The position numbers were made by a program, and so were the translations under genes. DNA of 59,214 bases, the filler included, from Sphacelaria rigidula (taxonomy: Eukaryota), in assembly GCA_964200075.2 (NCBI GenBank). It is 7 parts of 7 records of this genome, joined end to end, with 100 filler letters (N's around TTAATTAATTAA, not from the genome) between each part and the next. Parts side by side here need not be neighbours in the genome. Positions count along the whole stretch, not along the records: positions 50,842 to 59,214 come from CAXNAA020011350.1; 6 more parts are not named here. One strand, written 5' to 3'. Each line of letters starts with the position of its first letter. Position 1 is the stretch's first letter. The notes below the pieces were generated by a model. It saw only the letters and a list, made by a program, of their open reading frames with translations. It was not told the DNA's origin and ran no database searches. Positions 51,312-59,214 of this stretch are shown piece after piece.

Positions 51312-52188
51312 CCCTTTTGGAACCGGGCCTCCAGAACGACCAAGTAGGCTGGTCAGGAATGACATGGCTGGCGTCTGCACAAAACAGTGGCGTGTTGCTG
51401 AAAACCCGCGTACGTAACCGCAGGGTTATGACGAAGACCGAAAGTTTCATCCGAACTATTTTCAGGTGCAGGGGGCGCATTAGGTGGTGAACATCTGATT
51501 TAGCAAGCAGTATGAGTCGTGGTAAAGAGCTAGCTTCTAACAGGATGCGGCGACCGGCGGGCCGCCCGCCACTTGTGGCTTTGGATGATACAATACCAGT
51601 GTCCCCATCACCTTGGCACACAACCCTTTGTTGTCGGGGTGGGCCGCCATTTCCCCCGTTGTTGCATGGGGCAAATTCTCTTGCAGCGCTCATGCATACA
51701 ACAGTATAATATACAGTACAGTGTAGTAACCCTCTCCGACTGAAGCAGCAGCTGCCACTGCATACACCCTTGCACGTTCTGGGCAGTTTTCGGCTACCGT
51801 GATCAACTGCCTATATACAGCTTCTTGATCCTCATCCACTACGTAGTTGTTCACTGCACCCTGCAAGTCATCGCCAGAGGGATAAGCAGAACTCATGACA
51901 GTAGGTAGATCCTTTTGTCTTTCCACAGCCCACCTGCTTTTAGGGCGTGGTGAAAATGACCACATGGTAGCATGTACACTCCTTCCCGGGTTTTCCCACC
52001 GCACAAAATCCTGATTTGATAGGTTATGATTTCAACCATCTTCAAAATTTACGACGATGGTTGAAATAGCGACCTATCAGATCGGAGTATTCCTTTTCCA
52101 CCGCACATTTTCGATCGAAGAAAATGTGCCAAGACACGCCCTAACACAGGGTCAACCCTGTGTAAGTGGGGGTCCGGTCCCAAAAGGG
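51312..52188. mobile_element. Non-autonomous piggyBac-like element (877 bp)
   Basis: TTAA (51308-51311)-CCCTTTTGGAACCGG ... CCGGTCCCAAAAGGG-TTCA. Homologous to 49165-49590 and to the end at 48731. Confidence 0.8.
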
Positions 52189-53023
52189 TTCAGCGGTGCG
52201 TGACCTGCCAACCGAAAACTGTTGTCTGGCCCAGCTCCTAATATGCCGGGGACAGGATTTCACTCATAGCCCCATAACTCTAGCTATTAATAGCAGAATA
52301 TTGATGTGTAAAGGAACCTGGCGTCAGATCAGGAAAACTTCTGAGGAGTCGATTCGCTTCATCAGACACGCCATAAGTGTGCACCTTACGCACCACGCGT
52401 CTTCCAAAAATGCGCCAGCTCATGATTTCGGCCATCCTGACCTGGAGACGGCTCGACGCGCGGCCGCTTCGGTTTTGGAGCACATGATGACCCGCGGCTG
52501 AGGATCTATCCCTAGTGTGTTATCCCTAGTGTGTTGCACTCGGTGACAGAAAGCATACATGTGTAACATGCGACGCACGGTGTGTGTTTGGCAAAACGCC
52601 ACCAGCACGCACGCTCGACATGACGCATAATTTTACTGCTCTAAAGCCAGGTATGAATACTGTAAAAGTCTAAACACTCACTCACCATGGCACCATGATT
52701 ATGGTGTATGTGGAAAACGCTGCCGGTAAGTAACCTCAGCCGAAACTTATCCCCAGTGTACCCACCCATGGAAGCACACTGGCTTTAAATCGCACATGCT
52801 ATGGTCATACTTCAGTCCGTGGAATATCTGCTCGCTGTTCGTTGTGGATACTTTCTAATTTAAGACCTAGGGTATTGATACCGCAGGAGAGGACGCACGC
52901 AGTGCAATCGCATTGGCCATGATGATCTCGAAAGCCCAAAGCTCGATCATGCAGTCGTGCGGCCCCTCACTATCACGTCGCTTGCTCTCCAGCTGCTCGC
53001 AGGCACGTAGCAACCGTACCGCC

Positions 53024-56000
53024 ATGCGGACGGGTCTAGGCGTGTTCGTGGTTTTCGGCAGTTCTGCATGCGTCATGGTAGCGCTCAGCGAAGAGGACAG
53101 GATGGACAGATGGAAAGACAGATGGCAGAAAAACAACATCGTGAGTATTCGTTCTCATCACGTAGAGCGATGCTCATGTGAAGTAGAAAAGCCTGCCGAG
53201 TTACGGGGGGTGCTAAACAAAAACCACGGCGTTCCTTACTGACTGTGGTTGTCTTGAAACTCAAATAAGCTATTCTGTGTTGTCGAGCGCTTTTAGCCAA
53301 GAAGCCAACTGCTCAGTGGCTGCTGGTAGTTTGCTGCTGGGGATGATGAGAGTATAACAATTGTAGCGTGTCTGAAGCTAGCACGATTCATACAGGCTGG
53401 GACGTGAGAGGGGTATTGGGGTATACAACCTCGTCCACAGACTCGAAAATTCAAATTTGTTGAGAATCCAAATTTGAGAACTCTTTTCCAAGTCAACATG
53501 ATGCCCACTGAAGAGATCAACACACCTCGTGAGCCGGTCGCCCCGGTGGCTCAGTTGGTAACCTCGAAAACCTTCTGGCGGTTGGGTCGTGGGTTCGAAT
53601 CTCGGTGCAGTAACACGGTCTGGGATTCTTTCTTACACACTGCCCAACAGTGGAGAGCGAGTATGTCGTGGGTACAAAAAATGCGACTTCACGATCGACG
53701 ATCGACGAGGGAAGAGAATGGCTGAACCCCTCTCGCGATGAAAAAGAAGGCAAGCACCGCAGAGAGAGATGTAGTACGACATGTGTAAACTGGCTTCCAT
53801 AATAGATGGGATGACAACACCTCGGCGTTCCAAGAGGTTGTCGCTCATATGGTGCACTGGCATTACCCCAACTTGGGAAATGAAGGGAAGATTCGGGTAT
53901 CGATCTGCGGGCGTTCAGAGGGTTGAACCGATTACGCAATAACGGTAAGATACGTTGTGAATATAGTCCCGCCCGACGAAGTGTGAATTGCAGCACATGA
54001 TACACTACGGCGCGCAATATCTCCTGCCCGCTCGTCTAACGATGGCGGACGCAATGTAACTAAATACGCGCAATGTGCCAATATCCAATATACACCCCTC
54101 GTTTGCGCATCCCCACAGTCGTGGCATCGTACCCAGCCGTACGGTATTCTTGTGAAGCATTACGACAAATTCATGGGTGTCGTGGGTACAGGGGAGGGAG
54201 CGGAAGCGAAGCCTGATGCGAGGGAGAACTATCGAGTACTCGTCCCACTGTGCGGAAAAACAGGTACTTCATTATCAGGCGTTGTCGATGCAGGTCGTGC
54301 TTCATGTACCTCCTTTTCATTCGTGGAATCCATCCACTAGTCTACGGTGCCGCACCACCCTAAGTTGCCTCACCTCCGTATTTATGTACCAAACTCGCCC
54401 TTCACTTGCAAAAGCTCCCAGTATTGTCATCACGGCAAACGGCACGATCAGGCACATCTGTATGCACCACAGGAGGTCTCATTTCCGAGCAAAAATGGGT
54501 ATTTAAAAGTCTTGATGGACTTTTCGACCTTTCGAAAGACCGACGACGCCTCTCGGAATCCGTTCACCACCGGACCCCATTTGTAGGAGTAGCTTGTAGA
54601 CTGTGTTTACTCTTGATACAAGCTGTTTCATTCGCTAGGTTCCTTTCATCCCGGGAGAAGTGATTTTCAACAGGTTGGGGTCAGGTTAGTATCGCTTCAG
54701 TTGGGAACGCCCCCCCTTGATGAGTTGAGGACCAATACGAGAAGCTGAATGAAGCTGCATTTCACAAGCTAGAGCAGGTGAAATCGAAGGCGTATCAGGT
54801 TGGAAAAGAAAAACGGTACGCAGACATGCAGTGCAAAGCGTTTCTCATCCATTCGCGTATCCGGCCCTCAACCCCCAACAACTTTTCTCTGAAGTCGACA
54901 TGCCCTTCCTGGCTGAGAAAGGGCACGAGGTTGTCGGAATAGAAGGATGCGAAGCGGCCGCCTGGCAACTGCAGAGAGACGCCTGGCTCAACTTTCAGGT
55001 TTCTCGGGAGCCTTCCCGCGGCGGTGTTCCGGACGGACGTCCGGATTTCATTCCTGCGTCGACATTTGAAAAACAACGAGCGGGCTATGTTTTCAAAACG
55101 GATGAACGAGGAACGGGGTATTACCTAGACACTCAGTCACTGAAGGTAATATCTGCTGTAGGTTTCTTTGCATTGAACTTCTAGTGCGGTGTTGCGCTTC
55201 CAGTGCAGTATAATAGTTTCTTAAGATGATCGAAATTCGCGTGATTGAGTCAAGATTTGATTTTTTAATTTGATTTTCGCACTTCAACTGAACCCCCAGG
55301 GATCCAGCCGTGGTCACATGATGGACGTACCCAAGACAAAACAAAACTGAAACACTCGCTGAAGAAAATAGAAGAAACAGAAAAGGTAGAACAGAACGAC
55401 ATAGTAGACTATGACGTGAAAAAAGAAAAAGAAAAAGAAAAAGAAAAAGAAAAAAACGAAATAAGTAACCGGTCTCTGCCACATGACTTCGGCGGAAAAG
55501 GTCCTGCTCAGAACCACACTTATGCCCAGCCGTAAGAAACAAGAAGCTGTGGAAAGGAAAATATTGCAGGTCATCTACTACATACGCTTTATTTAGGTTA
55601 TGGACCCTCTCATCCATGAGGAAACACAATAAAGCGAGATACCACTCTGCTCCGGCATAAGATGTAGTGAATGAACGTCATCATTGCCAGTTAACCTGCA
55701 AGTATACAAGGAAAACACATAACCACCCACGTACTGTCTGATACTACAGCAACGGAATTATCAAGTACCTTGGAAGCGTTGCCCGTTCAGTGGTACAGGG
55801 AGCCTGGTGCAGAGTATACACGGCTGGCCCACAAATGTGAACAATTCTGACACATTTTCAGTCTTCTGCAGTAAATGCTCACTTACGCTATCGAAGCTTT
55901 AGTGCTCCGACACAACTGAATCATCGGTGAAATTAGGTCAACAAAATAGCAGGCGTTAGCTAATTGAACGGTATTTCCATTTCTCCCAGCGTATGTGTGC

Positions 56001-56737
56001 TCATCAGCGCATGTGTGCTTACCAGCGTATTTATATCCAGATTTAGGGAAGGAATACCGTCCGACTGCTGGGGATAGACGAAGAAGAGCAAGGCTCCGAG
56101 CCAAGCCTTTGTCGCGTGGTTGAGCGTGTTGGTCGTATGGACGGCTTGAGATATTACGCTGCAGACGAACGTTTTCCTCGCGTGCTCCTCTTTTTGTCTC
56201 CAGTGGTTCCGAGACACGCGCAAGGGTCTGTCACTTGTCATCCAAGACTTCTTCAACGTGGGCCCACGCGACGTTGGAACGTTCGATCGGTGAGAGTTCC
56301 ATTCAGTTTGTCCATTGAAATTCATCGCGCGTTTTTCGGCGGGCGAGGGGGGATGTGCTCATGATCTTGCATGCCGTAGTCATTTGATCCTGTTCGGCGG
56401 GGGGAGGGGGGAGTATCGATACCTTCAAGAAAAAAATCAAGAGGGTCGCTGCACTATGACTGGTGCGGAGTAGAAATGTTTTGCCTCACACAACATCCGG
56501 GAATCCGAGGATGGACAACGAACAAACTTTTCCATGACGCACACAACTTGTCTTCCGCATTCGCTCCATTTGCCTTCGCCTTGGGTTTGGAATTGGGCAG
56601 CATATGGGACCGTGGGTCTCTCGTAGCGATTCGGCCTCAAGACCGCGAGAATTATGTGGCCTTGTGCGACAGCCTACTTTCGCCTGGCGGACGAATCCTC
56701 CTCGCAACCTACGACTACGATCGAGACAGGGTCAAAG
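53024..56737 (+). CDS. TPMT: Thiopurine S-methyltransferase (TPMT)-family SAM-dependent methyltransferase, partial: exons 53024(or 53075)-53140, 54119-54263, 54895-55145, 56204-56289, 56601-56737
   Basis: GT-AG exons join in phase (0,1,0,2). They give WKDRWQKNNISWH...[27 protein letters not shown]...QDFF...GTFDRIWDRGSLVAIRPQDRENY...LLSPGGRILL...YD...G, the TPMT signature motifs. The final GPPF-containing exon is not seen in the window. Confidence 0.93.
53533..53820 (+). mobile_element. tRNA-derived SINE in TPMT intron 1
   Basis: A-box TGGCTCAGTTGG (53547-53558), B-box GGTTCGAATCT (53592-53602), same body and 3' end as 21757-22131. Candidate TSD ACACCTCG at 53522-53529 and 53817-53824. Confidence 0.82.
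55255..55460 (-). mobile_element. LINE/SINE 3'-tail (family C) with (GAAAAA)n microsatellite
   Basis: Shares GGATCC..CGTGGTCACATGAT...CTGAAACACT.GCTGAAGAAAA with 9110-9185 and 14255-14330. Confidence 0.6.
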
Positions 56738-57240
56738 GTGATCACACGGCAAATATGCCTCAGCTCCGTACATCTCATTTGGTGAACCATTTTCTCCCGT
56801 CAACTCTTTTGTGAAAAAAGTGTTTGAAGGCTACGGCATTCCAATTTCACTTGGTGAATTTGGTTTCTGCTCCGGGTAGAAAAATCGACTAACCGGTTTT
56901 TGCGACTCGATTTTTGCGTTTTGTTTTGTGCTCTTTGTCCACTCTAAAATCCGTATTGAATTCACTTTTGGGGAGAAACTTTGTCAAACAGAAACCAAAC
57001 ACATCTTGCTCCATGGGGCACCTGGACACGCACCAGTTGCTGCTGCCTACCTAGTATCATGCTCCAAATCGAGGTCTTGAATGAGAACATCCAGCGTGCA
57101 GCTGCTTGACGCGACCACTGCGTTCTGCCACGGACCCTTCCCCACGTACCCGACAAGGCGGCAATATCCCGGAAAGACAGTAGCAATGCTAGCGGATCCT
57201 ATGTCCTGACAGTCTGGCAGCCGGCAAGGTGGTTATGGTA

Positions 57241-58738
57241 CAGGCTGGTTCCGTGGATCACCCAAAAAAAACTCATCGGCAAAACCTCACTCCGTTTTAA
57301 GGAGTCGAACCCTGAATTTTTGCACGAATGTTCCATGGGTAATTACGCAACTTTCGAATATCGTTTTTTATTTTTTTATTTTTCACCGCTTTGCGGGGGT
57401 CCCACTTTTTTCGGGGAAACCTCGACACAATCGGACCCCCGTGAAACGGTACCCCCCCCCCGTTCATCCAGAGTTGCGTAATGACCCAAAGCACAGTTGT
57501 ACAAAATTTCAGGGTCTAACTCCTTGAAACGGCGTGAGGTTTTTCGCTTTTGTGCGATGAACTTTGCCGTGCCGCGGTGCAACCGCAACCTACTTGATTT
57601 TAGTACCAAGACAGCGTTTTTGGGCCTTCTTTGACGTGAACATGGAAATTCAAGCATCAGTTGATCGAGTTTTGCGACGAAAAATTGTGGAGCCCATCCT
57701 CGGGTTATGCGGAGGCAGATAGTCCGCGTAAAAATGAAAAAAAATATCGTAGTGCCGCTTTTCTGGGATCCCAAAATGGAGACTACTTCGAAAAACGACT
57801 GCGATCCCGTCGGAACCCCCTAAAAACGGTGAAAAACTCAAGAAGTACCAAAAACATCGTTCGTAGAAAGTTGCGTAATGATACATGGCATATTTATGCG
57901 AAGTCTCAGGATCTAACTCCTAATGACAGCGTGAAAGTTTGCGCGTTTGTGAAGGACGTGGGCTTGAAACGTGCAACTCCTAACTACTTGGTCTTAGTAT
58001 TGAAACGTCTTTTGGGGTGAATTCGACGTCGAGGCACGAAAAACTGTAGGAGGTTTTCGAGCTTCTCCACCAAACTTTGTACATATGTTCCTATGGACTC
58101 TCCGGGGACGCATCGTTTCACTGTTTTTCTTTTGAGGCATTCTGTACCGCCTTCCGGGGTCTTCATGCTGGGATCCCCGGAAGCCGGTAGAGAATGGAGA
58201 AACCATGATATTTTGTCAAATAATACGTTTTTTCCATTTCGAGCATCAATACCTACGGAACTGCCGATTTTGAGGGCGATCTGAGCTTTTCAACAGATAT
58301 AGGGGACACCGTCACGAGGCTCCCTGGGCCTTTCGTGCGTATCATTAGTGGAAATTAGACGACGCCAACACCCGACGTCACCGAAACATCACGGTTTCGG
58401 GTATAATTCGGCCCCTCTTGTAACCGTTTAAAAAATATGATTTTCTCATTAGATTCCCGTGTCGATGACGGTTACTACGATTTGAAACATGTCGAGATTG
58501 GGTGAAAATTGGGCTTGGTATTCGTCATTTCGATTTGGAACAGTTTGAAGGGCGATTGGCTGAGACACATTTTCGTCCATAGCGCCACCGCTACGGCCTT
58601 GAACAAAAATCCGGCTATGTCACCCTCTTCGTCTCCTCATTGCGGTCAGTATGATACCATATATGCGACTGTTGGGTGCGTATTGCGGAAGGCATTTGCT
58701 GATGACACAATTTTGGGTGATCACCGTGAACCAGCCCG
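57241..58738. mobile_element. ~1.5-kb non-autonomous Tc1/mariner-type element (family D), second copy
   Basis: TA-CAGGCTGGTT ... AACCAGCCCG-TA; colinear reverse-complement homolog of 38050-39559. Confidence 0.85.
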
Positions 58739-59214
58739 TAGGAAGGTGGTGAGCATTATTGGAAGTGTGTTGGCGCAAAGAGCAGTAGGGCAAAGGAAAC
58801 CCGATGCAAGGGAAGAACTGAGAAAAAAGTCTCAGACAGATTCGATCCCCGCAGTAAAGACGAAGTGCATACATATGCATTAAAGTCGCGTGTTAACCAG
58901 ACCCTATGATGAGCAGCAACGTGCTGCGTGTAGTCAAGCACAGAACCGACCACGGCTGAAGTAGTGTATGACTACATGCAGCACCAAAAGCTACAACACA
59001 AGAACAAGTCGTGTCTCACTACAAGTGGTCTTCCTGCGTGTACGCCACATCCAACACAACAAAAGAGGAAAAAGGCTCGATTCTGTGTTAGGGAAGAATC
59101 GATGTTTTGTGCAGAAGCGGGAAGAATTTTCCCAGATGTTTATAGTGGTTGCAGTATCTAGAAGCCATTTCAGAACACATTGACATGCAAGATTACCTGT
59201 GTGATGAATCCAGT

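Noticed and set aside
52290-52930. Candidate minus-strand exons divergent from TPMT (LLTGSVFHIHHNHGAM / VRMAEIMSWRIFGRR...)
   Set aside because: Splice signals are plausible, but there is no recognisable homology and no consistent continuation.
53533-53610. Functional tRNA genes at 53533, 22131 and 43237
   Set aside because: A/B boxes are present but no proper acceptor or anticodon stems; two continue into a shared SINE body and tail.

Overview
Eukaryotic, intron-rich, repeat-rich DNA. Gene architecture and repeat families suggest a brown alga or related stramenopile (inference). The window is not contiguous: seven contigs of 8373-8374 bp (1-8374, 8475-16848, 16949-25322, 25423-33795, 33896-42268, 42369-50741, 50842-59214) are joined by artificial 100-bp N44-TTAATTAATTAA-N44 spacers. 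Recognisable spliced partial genes: an ERCC6L/PICH-like SNF2 helicase (4 exons), Notchless NLE1/RSA4 (6 exons, minus strand), a TPMT-family methyltransferase (5 exons, with an inserted GYVFK...GYY module), the first exon of an OPA3-like gene, and an orphan low-complexity protein whose 17-aa internal duplicate differs only at synonymous sites. Mobile DNA: a head-to-tail dimer of a decayed DIRS/Ngaro-type tyrosine-recombinase retrotransposon, hAT-, Tc1/mariner- and piggyBac-type non-autonomous elements, tRNA-derived SINEs and LINE 3' ends. The most notable observation is an abundant ~570-bp non-coding repeat that shares its 3' ~55 nt with a LINE 3' end; both terminate in, and are often preceded by, poly(C) tracts.
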